This document shows positions 9,022 through 17,158 of a stretch of 24,000 bases of DNA, one piece after another (positions within the stretch are counted from its first letter, which is position 1; each line of letters begins with the position of its first letter). The DNA lies in NCBI GenBank assembly GCA_031422115.1, contig JANOPX010000103.1:53222-77221 (forward strand), given 5' to 3'. The position numbers and the translations under genes were made by a program. The notes below the pieces were generated by a model that saw only the letters and a list, made by a program, of their open reading frames with translations, did not search any database and was not told the origin of the DNA. This DNA comes from Chamaesiphon sp. VAR_4_metabat_408 (lineage in GTDB: Bacteria; Cyanobacteriota; Cyanobacteriia; Cyanobacteriales; Chamaesiphonaceae).

Positions 9022-11494
9022 TAAATTTGAACATCTGCCATTTAATCGAATCGAAGGCTCATTACCTCGAAGATCTCATGGTGGTGGCAGTGGTGGAGAG
9101 AAGAGAACAGACAGAAGAAGTCAAGGGATACAAATTATTTCACAAATTGGTGAAATCAAAAAAATTGTCCAAGAACAACATAGTAAATTTTCATTAGATC
9201 CAAAACTCATTTTCAAAATTAGGTTGTCTGACAAAAGAAACTTAACAGATGATGATTTAGGAAAATCAGGATTATCGGTTTTAGAAAAGCAGCCAAAAGC
9301 AAATCAAGCAATTGTTGTATTCTCTACAGATCTTGAACTCACTGAATTCACCAATAGGCTAGAGCAGTATAGTGGACTTAAACCTGGATCTGAATATGGT
9401 TATTTGGACGCGATCGAAAGTATTTGTCCACTTGAAGCTGAAGATCGTATAGGTAGATTATTAGAATTGCAACCTTTAGAATTAGAGGAAGTAGCTCTTC
9501 TGGATCTTGAACTGTGGCACACAGGAGATCGGAATGAGATGTCAAAATATCTCAGTGATATTGAGGAGGTATTAAAAAGTATCTCTAATAATCAATCCAC
9601 CTTTAAAATAACAGACAAGTACATTGGTAATTACCTTTGCTTGGCTAGAATTAAGATCGATCGAGAAGTTCTGGATCTATTATTAGAAGAATTTATTGTC
9701 AAAGAAATTAACCGTCGTCCTCATCCGGCTTTTGAGAGTAGATCTGAATATAATCCACCTTTATCTTCATTACCAGATCCAGTCCCTCCCGATCCTAATA
9801 GTTGTGGTATTGTCGTTGTTGATTCTGGTATTCAACCTGGACATCCTTTGCTATCCTCTACTATTGGTGAAGCGGAAGTCTTTTTAAGTAATAGTCAAAA
9901 AGCAACAGGTGGAGAAATCGATCGTTCTGGTCACGGTACTGGTGTTTCTGGCATTGCTGCTTATGGAGATATAGAGAAATGTATCCTTTCTAAGGAATTT
10001 AGATCTTCGGCTAGTATATTTTCTGCAAGAATTTTGGATGATAAAGATGAATATGATGAATATTTATTATTAGAGAATCAACTAGAAGAGGTCGTAAATT
10101 ATTTTACAAAAAATTACCCGAAAATATGCCATGTTTTTAATTTATCTATAGGCAATTGTGATTCAATTTACAATTCAGGCGATAAGCAATTTAGATTAGC
10201 AGCTAAACTCGATGAAATAGCTTATCGATATCAAGATTACGATCTTGTTTTTGTTGTATCAGCAGGAAATGCAAAACCATTCTCCTCAGAGGAAGGAGAG
10301 CGTTATCTTACAGATTATCCTAAATATATTCTCGATTCAAAGTCACGAATAATAGATCCAGCCACATCTGCAATTGCAATTACTGTAGGATCGTTATCTC
10401 TTGGTCGAGGTAGTATAAATAATCCCAATGATGCACAAGTCAATTCGGTTGCAAAAATCAGAGGATATCCATCTCCATTCACCAGAACTGGCTTTGGTGT
10501 CGATGGGATGATCAAACCAGATGTTGTTGCCTATGGTGGTGATTTTGTTATTGACGGAAATCGTATTATGGGTGATGTAAATGCAGCCGTTTCTGTTATT
10601 ACATTGAGTTTGTCTAATATAAGCGGAAAACTCTTTACGATATCTAGTGGTACAAGTCTTGCTGCTCCTTATATATCAAACTTAGCAGCACAATTATTTA
10701 ACAAATATCCTAAAGCATCATCGAATTTAATTCGAGCATTAATAGCCAATTCTGCAAGTTTACCATCACAAATACCAAATGAATTTCAGATAGGATCTGG
10801 ATTGTCTGAAAAAGACAAGACAGCGCAAATGGCTAAACGACTTTCTGTTTATGGATATGGGCAACCTAATCTAGAAAGAGCTATGTATTCAATGGAGAAT
10901 GACGTAGTGCTAGTATGCGATCGTGTGGAAATGGAAATTGGTAATTTTCATGTCTATGAAATACCTGCTTTACCTCCTGAGTTTTTAAAAAATAAGGGTG
11001 AAAGGACTTTATCAATCACTATGGCATTCGATCCACCAACTCGTCATACTCGTGGAGATTCTTATTTAGGTGTGACAATGGGATTTAGTCTTTTCAAAGG
11101 TGTTGATATTGAAGATGTATTGAACAGTTTTGTTGATGCAAAAAAAGCTAAAGAGAATGGGATAGAAGATGACTTTCAGGAGCTTTCAATAGATAATCTA
11201 AAGCAAAGGTGTGGCTCTACTTGCCAGCTAGATTTAAAGCCAGGATCTAGTATAAGAAAAAAAGGAACTCTTCAACGTGGTCAGCTCAAAATCTCAGATA
11301 AAGCAACTAAGTTCGATCTGCCTTTTTATTTAGTTGTAATTTCAAATCGAAAATGGGCAAGACAAGAAGAAATTAAGTTGCAACGATACTCTTTAGTCAT
11401 TTCACTTACACACACAAATGAAGAGGTGAAAGTCTATCATCAGATTCAAACAAAAATTCAGGAACGTTCCAGACAGAAACTTCGGATCAGATAA
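9014..11494 (+). CDS. ietS: S8 (subtilisin-like) serine peptidase, no signal peptide, with ~260-aa N-terminal and ~170-aa C-terminal extensions; IetS-like
   Basis: Catalytic triad in subtilase order: D270 (GIVVVDSGI), H307 (SGHGTGVSG), oxyanion N419 (VSAGN), S548 (SGTSLAAPY). The N-terminus MNNKFEHLPFNRIEGSLPRRSHGGGSGGEK is hydrophilic, so the protein is predicted cytoplasmic. An 8-nt overlap with the AAA+ gene suggests translational coupling. Confidence 0.65.
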   Translation: MNNKFEHLPFNRIEGSLPRRSHGGGSGGEKRTDRRSQGIQIISQIGEIKKIVQEQHSKFSLDPKLIFKIRLSDKRNLTDDDLGKSGLSVLEKQPKANQAIVVFSTDLELTEFTNRLEQYSGLKPGSEYGYLDAIESICPLEAEDRIGRLLELQPLELEEVALLDLELWHTGDRNEMSKYLSDIEEVLKSISNNQSTFKITDKYIGNYLCLARIKIDREVLDLLLEEFIVKEINRRPHPAFESRSEYNPPLSSLPDPVPPDPNSCGIVVVDSGIQPGHPLLSSTIGEAEVFLSNSQKATGGEIDRSGHGTGVSGIAAYGDIEKCILSKEFRSSASIFSARILDDKDEYDEYLLLENQLEEVVNYFTKNYPKICHVFNLSIGNCDSIYNSGDKQFRLAAKLDEIAYRYQDYDLVFVVSAGNAKPFSSEEGERYLTDYPKYILDSKSRIIDPATSAIAITVGSLSLGRGSINNPNDAQVNSVAKIRGYPSPFTRTGFGVDGMIKPDVVAYGGDFVIDGNRIMGDVNAAVSVITLSLSNISGKLFTISSGTSLAAPYISNLAAQLFNKYPKASSNLIRALIANSASLPSQIPNEFQIGSGLSEKDKTAQMAKRLSVYGYGQPNLERAMYSMENDVVLVCDRVEMEIGNFHVYEIPALPPEFLKNKGERTLSITMAFDPPTRHTRGDSYLGVTMGFSLFKGVDIEDVLNSFVDAKKAKENGIEDDFQELSIDNLKQRCGSTCQLDLKPGSSIRKKGTLQRGQLKISDKATKFDLPFYLVVISNRKWARQEEIKLQRYSLVISLTHTNEEVKVYHQIQTKIQERSRQKLRIR

Positions 11495-11542
11495 ATATAG
11501 AGACTCAATTATCCCCTCAACTAACGATCGTGCCGTTACCCC

Positions 11543-11776
11543 ATGCAAATAACTATTAACCTAGATGAATCCTTGCTAGCAGAAGCTCTGCAACTCACCA
11601 AATTCACCACCCATGAAGAACTAGTGAACTTAGCTCTGCAAGAACTCGTGCGTTCACGAAGTGGCTCCTTGGGAGCATCGCGTCGCAAGAAAAATCTCCT
11701 CGACCTTGCAGGACAGATTCAACTTACAGATGACTTCGACACAATCCCAAAACTCTCCAAGATTACAACTAATTAA
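11543..11776 (+). CDS. VapB-family (type II) antitoxin-like protein, no cognate toxin gene downstream
   Basis: MQITINLDESLLAEALQLTKFTTHEELVNLALQELVRSR...KKNLLDLAGQIQLTDDFD fits the small VapB_antitoxin pattern (xTxIxIDDxLLxEAxxL...ELVxxALRELV...LxxLxG). The next 370 nt contain no ORF. Confidence 0.6.
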   Translation: MQITINLDESLLAEALQLTKFTTHEELVNLALQELVRSRSGSLGASRRKKNLLDLAGQIQLTDDFDTIPKLSKITTN

Positions 11777-12149
11777 ACATAAGCATAAAATATAACCCAC
11801 ATTCCGCACTTCAATTTTTACAAAAAGCAATCCATAGCTAAAATCAACTGAGAAGTATATTGTTGATATTGTAAATATCAACAATAAGAGTAAAATGAGT
11901 ATGACAATTTTCTAGTCTTTGCCGAGCTTTAAGAACTAATTGGTCTGAGATATTTAATAATGGTTGTGAGAACAAAGCTTTTTAATACATTATAACTAAA
12001 TTTAAGTGGCTGAATAGTATTGCTGACAAGCTCCAGGTAAAAACTCCAGAAATGGCATCGATTTAGGAGTAGTCACAATCTGGCTACATGAATCAGTAGA
12101 CAAACAATTTAGATTCATCACACTAATTCCAGATTAAGAGGATAAACTC

Positions 12150-12365
12150 ATGAAGCCCAAGCTATTTGAAGAAGTTATTATAAATCGCGATTTCCCGGAA
12201 TATAATATCGACAAGGGAGATATTGCAGTATTAAATGACTTTGTTACCGATCCTTTGGGGGAACAAGGCTGTGTATTGGAAATTTATACGGCGATGGGTG
12301 CTTTTGTAACGGTAGTAAGTTTACCTGTGACAAGTATAGAGACTTTGCAACCAACAGATAGATGA
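12150..12365 (+). CDS. DUF4926 domain protein
   Basis: 71 aa. LFEEVIINRDFPEYNIDKGDIAVLNDFV...GCVLEIYTAMGAFVTVVSLPVTSIETL matches my recollection of the DUF4926 pattern (short SH3-like proteins). A good AAGAGG Shine-Dalgarno lies 8 nt upstream. Confidence 0.55.
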   Translation: MKPKLFEEVIINRDFPEYNIDKGDIAVLNDFVTDPLGEQGCVLEIYTAMGAFVTVVSLPVTSIETLQPTDR

Positions 12366-12446
12366 TCGGTGAGAAGTTGTGTGAATGTTTAGAGATTACG
12401 GATGAAGATTTTAAAATTGCTGAGTTTCAGGGAGATTTAAAGTAAG

Positions 12447-12725
12447 ATGGATATTCAAAAAACCTTGGGCGATTCTCTATCCGATACGCTGCTAGCTCGC
12501 CAGATTGTGCATAGCGATCCAGATATTATGTCAGGTATACCAGTATTTATAGGTACCCGTGTACCGCTTCAAACTCTGTTCGATTATCTTGAAAGTGAAG
12601 AGGGTTTGAACGAATTTTCAGAGGATTTTCCACATCTAAAAATATCTGCGATTCAAGTTTTGGAAGCTATCGCTCGAATCATGCTCTATCAAGGCGAAAT
12701 TCTTAATGCTCATTCTATTGGATGA
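12447..12725 (+). CDS. DUF433 domain protein (putative antitoxin-like partner)
   Basis: IVHSDPDIMSGIPVFIGTRVPLQTLFDYLESEEGLNEFSEDFPHL is the DUF433 core (P.I..G.PvI.GTRipv..i...l..G). It overlaps the next gene by 20 nt. Confidence 0.75.
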   Translation: MDIQKTLGDSLSDTLLARQIVHSDPDIMSGIPVFIGTRVPLQTLFDYLESEEGLNEFSEDFPHLKISAIQVLEAIARIMLYQGEILNAHSIG

Positions 12726-13065
12726 AAATCTTCTAAGTCGAAAACTTAAACAGCCGATTGTTGATGCTGGCTATACTGTTCATAATGTTGATAATATGGG
12801 ATGGCGTGGAACAAAGGATCGAGATCTATTAGCTTTAGCAGATGCTCATCCCTTTGATGTTTTTATCACTGCTGACAAAAATTTACCTTACCAACAAAGT
12901 ATTAGTACTTACCAACTGAGAATTGTTGTCCTAAACACTAAAACTACTAAACCTGACTATCTTGTACCTCTAATAGAGCAAGCTTGTTTGATAATTCCTA
13001 CGCTTGCGGCTGGATCGGTTACACTCATCAATGACGATCGACAAGTTATGTCATTTCAGCCATAG
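12706..13065 (+). CDS. DUF5615 family PIN-like (Mut7-C-like) protein, putative toxin partner of DUF433
   Basis: MLILLDENLLSRKLKQPIVDAGYTVHNV...DRDLLALADAHPFDVFITADKNL fits the typical DUF5615 N-terminus and acidic residues, and the gene shows the usual pairing with DUF433. Confidence 0.7.
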   Translation: MLILLDENLLSRKLKQPIVDAGYTVHNVDNMGWRGTKDRDLLALADAHPFDVFITADKNLPYQQSISTYQLRIVVLNTKTTKPDYLVPLIEQACLIIPTLAAGSVTLINDDRQVMSFQP

Positions 13066-13081
13066 AATTTAAGATAAATGA

Positions 13082-13115
13082 ACGGCTCTCCTTCGCCTAA
13101 GTGGAAGAGAGCCGT
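13082..13115. terminator. hairpin between convergent genes (DUF5615 gene and zorC-like)
   Basis: ACGGCTCTC (13082-13090) pairs with GAGAGCCGT (13107-13115) around a 16-nt loop. It lies in the 75-nt gap between two convergent stop codons. Confidence 0.45.
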
Positions 13116-13140
13116 ACTTAAACAACATACAACCTAAAGC

Positions 13141-14565
13141 TTAACAATCAGTATATGCTCTTGCCTCTACTTCTATTGCGATAATCTCGGATCGCCATCG
13201 AGCTAAACCTCTCTCTCGATCGAGTTCTTTATAAGATTCTGGTTTTCGAGCAGGTGGAATTCCTGGATTGAGAAAAATACCTTTGCTAAATAGCAACTGC
13301 TCGTAATAATATTGCCAAAGATACTTATGGTCGTGAACTTCACCTCCAAGACGGCGAAGACACTTAACAGATAGTTTGTGAGAACCAAAAAGTTGTTGCT
13401 CGATTTCATTATTACGGGCGAACAAACGTATTTCACTACCCTTGCCACGAAAAAACTCGACAACAAAATAACTCCCAAAATCAAAAATGCAAACTTCCGT
13501 AGCTTCGCTACCATCACGTTTGAGAATTTCTATATCGGCTATAAAACCATCACCGCATAAATCGATCGAGTCCTGCGGTACTAAAATCCGAATACGTTGA
13601 AATCTATTAGTGTACTTAGCCCAAAATTCCCGACGTTGTTTTAATCGGTTTTCATCCCAAGAATCAATCCGCAAAACTTCCAGTAGCGTGTCTATTAGAT
13701 TTGCAAAGTCATTATAGTTAACAGAACCAATCCAATCGCGCAAAGCTTGTTTTGCATTTTCAGAAAGCCGATGCCAGAGATCGCCTGTTGTCCTTGGTCC
13801 ATAGGATCTCTGTAACCATTCTACCAATGGAGTTAAAGTACCACCTAATGCTTTTGTTTTCTTCTCGGTGAGAATGTAATCCACCGCTTTTAGTTGTTGC
13901 TCCACCATCATTTTGTCTAAGCACTTTATTAGCCAGTCAACTTGCTCGATAGTTGGATTTTGGCAAAATATAGTAGCTACATATTCCAAAGCATCGATCG
14001 TAATCGCCATCTCAGATGGCAGTTGAGCCTTTTCGAGTAGCTGCTGTGGTGTTAATAAATGTGCATAAGCAATTTTTGCTAGCTTAGAAGCAGGTTGATT
14101 TCCACTTATTGCTTGAATAATAGATCCAAACAGGGGTTTTATTTTCTGAATTTGCTGCAAAAATTCGGCAAGGCACTCTACTAAACTAAGAGCTAAAACT
14201 TGCTGATAATTACCATAATGTAAAGCCAATTGCCAACACAGGATTTGGCGTAGCCATGAATCGGACATTGCTAGTTGCCAAATTGTTCTAGATGTAGACA
14301 CCGATTGATTTAGATGTTCTCGATCCCATTCTTCTTTCGTGTGAATCAGATAAACCCATTCTAATGCACTCACAGAGTCAGCTCGATCGCTTTCAATATC
14401 TATGATAATTTCATCAATACTTCGAGCTTGAAATGGCTCAATATTTAGCAACTTACTTAACTCTGTAAAATCATCACTACCAAGTTTTTCAGCTAATTCG
14501 AGCAGTTGACTCGACGGGTACTGTCTTTTCTTGGAGAAATCAAATAAAAAAGATGGGAATTTCAT
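13141..14565 (-). CDS. zorC: ZorC-like protein (probable EH-signature domain)
   Basis: 474 aa. Third gene of the MotA/MotB-like operon (ATG 2 nt after the zorB-like stop). The C-terminal third reads RREFWAKYTNRF...CIFDFGSYFVVEFFRGKGSEIRLF...GGEVHDHKYLWQ. A conserved-looking Glu (E370) and a His cluster (H411/H413) lie ~40 residues apart, as I expect for the EH_Signature family (PF15611). Not verified by search. Confidence 0.55.
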   Translation of the reverse strand: MKFPSFLFDFSKKRQYPSSQLLELAEKLGSDDFTELSKLLNIEPFQARSIDEIIIDIESDRADSVSALEWVYLIHTKEEWDREHLNQSVSTSRTIWQLAMSDSWLRQILCWQLALHYGNYQQVLALSLVECLAEFLQQIQKIKPLFGSIIQAISGNQPASKLAKIAYAHLLTPQQLLEKAQLPSEMAITIDALEYVATIFCQNPTIEQVDWLIKCLDKMMVEQQLKAVDYILTEKKTKALGGTLTPLVEWLQRSYGPRTTGDLWHRLSENAKQALRDWIGSVNYNDFANLIDTLLEVLRIDSWDENRLKQRREFWAKYTNRFQRIRILVPQDSIDLCGDGFIADIEILKRDGSEATEVCIFDFGSYFVVEFFRGKGSEIRLFARNNEIEQQLFGSHKLSVKCLRRLGGEVHDHKYLWQYYYEQLLFSKGIFLNPGIPPARKPESYKELDRERGLARWRSEIIAIEVEARAYTDC

Positions 14566-14567
14566 AC

Positions 14568-15245
14568 TTATTGCTTTAAATTACTCCCGTTATTTATAGC
14601 TAGATCGAGCTGTTCTCCTTTGAATTGAAAGCGGAACATTACTTTTCGATCCTTTTCATCTATTTTACTATTTGCCTCGATCGCACCTCTTCCTGCTGCT
14701 AAAATTTTAGTTTTCAGCAGTCTCTTTGTTGAAAATCTGATATCTTTAGATAGAATATACTTGGAAACTGAAAGAGATCGAAGCAAGCTTAATTCCAAGT
14801 TTTTATCTTCATCTCCTTCTGAGCTAGTGTGACCCTCAATTACTACTCGTGTGATTTGCTGGGCTATCTCTTTATTATTGGTGTCAAAAATTATTTCACT
14901 GTATTTAGGAATAAATTTATTAAGAAAAGTTTTACCCTCTGGCTTGAGAATGGAACTATTCTTATCAAATAAAATCCCATCTTTAATAGTGACATCTCCA
15001 TTCGCAGCATTAACCTCTGCTTTTATATCAGCAGCTTGTAACTCTTTTGTTAGTGTGTTGATGAAACTTTGCTTTTGCTTGCCAAGCTTTTCTTGAGACT
15101 CTTTGAGTTGAATTAAAGAAGTAACAAATAGCAGTAAAAATAGAAAAAACAAGCTTGACATCAAGTCACTGATGGACAAATAAATACTTGCAGTTTGTTC
15201 ATCATCACCTTCAGATTCTGGTTCGACAACATCATAATCTATCAT
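14568..15245 (-). CDS. zorB: ZorB-like MotB/OmpA-family stator protein (TM plug helix with Asp, plus OmpA-like peptidoglycan-binding domain)
   Basis: N-terminal TM helix with the stator Asp (IYLSISDLMSSLFFLFLLLFV). C-terminal OmpA-like block (FDKNSSILKPEGKTFLNKF...RVVIEGHTSSEGDEDKNLELSLLRSLSVSKYIL). Confidence 0.75.
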   Translation of the reverse strand: MIDYDVVEPESEGDDEQTASIYLSISDLMSSLFFLFLLLFVTSLIQLKESQEKLGKQKQSFINTLTKELQAADIKAEVNAANGDVTIKDGILFDKNSSILKPEGKTFLNKFIPKYSEIIFDTNNKEIAQQITRVVIEGHTSSEGDEDKNLELSLLRSLSVSKYILSKDIRFSTKRLLKTKILAAGRGAIEANSKIDEKDRKVMFRFQFKGEQLDLAINNGSNLKQ

Positions 15246-15454
15246 GTTTAGTTATCTCCCTGCTCTTGACGACGGATCTTTTCAGTCGCAACTAAATAAT
15301 CGGCTGCTTTCAATAGTGTGTTGCATAGCTTGGCTGTAGAACTGTCAGCTTCTTCAAAAAACTTTTGCTCATGTACGATTGCTCGCTGAAAATATTCTGA
15401 TAGCTGCTCATTACCTATTCTGAGAGAGTCTTCATATCGAGTATTTAGACTTCG

Positions 15455-17158
15455 CTAAGAACGCTCTAAATTATTGATTTGTACTCCCATATCCTGTGAA
15501 AGTTCTTGCATCTGAGCAATCCGTGCCCCATCATGCAACCCGACAGTGTTCACTAACTTGCTCACAACTCCGGCTGTACGTTGAATTTTTTCTAAATTAT
15601 CATCTAATTGTTGAGATAGTTGTTTTCGTCTGTCTGCTTCTTCTTGGAAAGCTATCTGGAGTTCAATCACAACATCGGATAAACCTTGACGCTGTGTACC
15701 TAGAGTAGATTCTAATAAATTATTCTGCTCTTTAAAGAATTTATCTAGAGACTCTTGATAAGTTTCACGAAAATTATTTAACTCATCTTGCACTGTTTGA
15801 CTAGTATCTTGCAACATTCCATCGATATTTCCGAGCGTACCTAATAAACTATCCCTTGCCGTATCCATCAGGGTAGATGCTGTATCGCCTACTAATTTAA
15901 GCGTGTTGCTCTGTTGTTGAAAAGCTCTATCTGTATTTGATAGGATTGTATTCATCCGATCTTCAACATTCTGAAGCATTTGCTCTTGACTCGCAGTTTG
16001 CTTAGTGAGTGCTAATTCTAATTCAGTCCGAATATCTCTAAAGGTGTCGGCAGCTTGAGTAGTACTGTCAGAAAAAGCCTCTTGTTGAGCCTTCATACTA
16101 ATGATACTTTCCTCAACTCCTCGTTTAATTTCTGCTCCAACATTTTGAAGCATTTTTTCTTGGCTTTCAGTTTGGGTGGTGAGTGCTGATTCTAATTTAG
16201 TCTGAATACCTATAAAGGTGTTAGCTGCTTGAGTGGTACTATTAGAGAAAGCTTGTTGTTGAGCCTTCATACTAATGATACTTTCCTCAACTCCTCGTTT
16301 AATTTCTACGCCAACATTTTGGAGCATTTGCTCTTGGCTGGCAGTTTGGGTTGTGAGTGCCGCTTCTAATTCAGTCCGAATACCTGTAAAGGTTGTAGCT
16401 GCTTGAGTAGCACTGTCAGAGAAAGCCTGTCGTTGAGATTTCATACCTACGATACTTTCATCCACCCCTCGTTTAATTTCTTCACCTACTTCTTTTAGGA
16501 CATCTTTCGTTCCAGTCTGAAAGTCAACTAATGTATTGCCTAAATTATCTGCAAATCCTTCTAGCTGAGATAATGTTTTTCCTTGAAAATCTTGGATAGT
16601 AATAATTGATAAAGCTAAATCCTTCGATACACTACCCAGTTCATTCTTGAGGCTGATAACTGCTTCTGAAGCTTCTTTTGTTGAACTTGCACTTTCTTTT
16701 AACTGGGAGGATATAGGTACAATAAATTCATCTCTTAGTTTTAAAAGTATATCTTGACCTTGATCTACTTTAAATCCACGTAAGCTTTCTAACTCTTCAC
16801 TGATTTTAATAAAGATTGGGGCAAGAGCTTTTCCAACTTCAACACCAATAGATTTAGAGTCTAGGCTCTGCATCTTTTCCGCAGCATTTATTAATTCTAT
16901 TGATACATTTTTCTCAAATTGAGGTTTGTAATTAAGAATAGATAGTCTTCTTCTTAAATATTTTCTATATATATTTTGAGCATAAGTACTAAAAGCCAAA
17001 AATACGATAAAAAAAGCAGCACATCCTAAACCAAATAGTGACGACATAAATGCTGTTTTCATGCCACCTAGCAGTGTATCAACTCCCGCCTGAAGATTTC
17101 TGGGATCCAGGTGAGAAAGCGCGATCTGAATACCCCAAAAAGTACCCAGCAAACCCAT
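15455..17158 (-). CDS. zorA: ZorA-like MotA/ExbB-family channel protein with ~500-aa helical tail; the tracked ORF is only the central part of a disrupted ~747-codon frame (15248-17490)
   Basis: The ORF begins inside the MotA/ExbB pore motif (MGLLGTFWGIQIAL). A further TM helix follows (AFMSSLFGLGCAAFFIVFLAF), then a long Q/E/T-rich helical tail. The same frame stays open 156 codons upstream and encodes another TM helix (YFSITTIAIFIFAIF), but with no in-frame ATG/GTG/TTG. After the TAG at 15455-15457 the frame continues for 68 sense codons to TAA 15248-15250. See findings. Confidence 0.7.
   Translation of the reverse strand: MGLLGTFWGIQIALSHLDPRNLQAGVDTLLGGMKTAFMSSLFGLGCAAFFIVFLAFSTYAQNIYRKYLRRRLSILNYKPQFEKNVSIELINAAEKMQSLDSKSIGVEVGKALAPIFIKISEELESLRGFKVDQGQDILLKLRDEFIVPISSQLKESASSTKEASEAVISLKNELGSVSKDLALSIITIQDFQGKTLSQLEGFADNLGNTLVDFQTGTKDVLKEVGEEIKRGVDESIVGMKSQRQAFSDSATQAATTFTGIRTELEAALTTQTASQEQMLQNVGVEIKRGVEESIISMKAQQQAFSNSTTQAANTFIGIQTKLESALTTQTESQEKMLQNVGAEIKRGVEESIISMKAQQEAFSDSTTQAADTFRDIRTELELALTKQTASQEQMLQNVEDRMNTILSNTDRAFQQQSNTLKLVGDTASTLMDTARDSLLGTLGNIDGMLQDTSQTVQDELNNFRETYQESLDKFFKEQNNLLESTLGTQRQGLSDVVIELQIAFQEEADRRKQLSQQLDDNLEKIQRTAGVVSKLVNTVGLHDGARIAQMQELSQDMGVQINNLERS
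15964..16485 (-). repeat. three tandem 174-bp (58-aa) repeats inside the ZorA-like tail
   Basis: Units start at 15964, 16138 and 16312 (caacatt[c/t]tg[a/g]agcatt...). Protein units: LKEVGEEIKRGVDESIVGMKSQRQAFSDSATQAATTFTGIRTELEAALTTQTASQEQM / LQNVGVEIKRGVEESIISMKAQQQAFSNSTTQAANTFIGIQTKLESALTTQTESQEKM / LQNVGAEIKRGVEESIISMKAQQEAFSDSTTQAADTFRDIRTELELALTKQTASQEQM, then a degenerate fourth start (LQNVEDRM...). Confidence 0.9.

Noticed and set aside
11654-11884. 76-aa minus-strand ORF overlapping the VapB-like gene and the AT-rich spacer.
   Set aside because: It has a hydrophobic, low-complexity composition driven by AT-rich sequence, overlaps a better-supported gene, and has no recognisable motifs.
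15964-16485. Regular 174-bp periodicity, and the 243-bp periodicity at 23606-24000, considered as CRISPR arrays.
   Set aside because: The repeat units are far longer than CRISPR repeats and there is no repeat-spacer alternation. The first lies within a continuous reading frame, and no cas genes are present.
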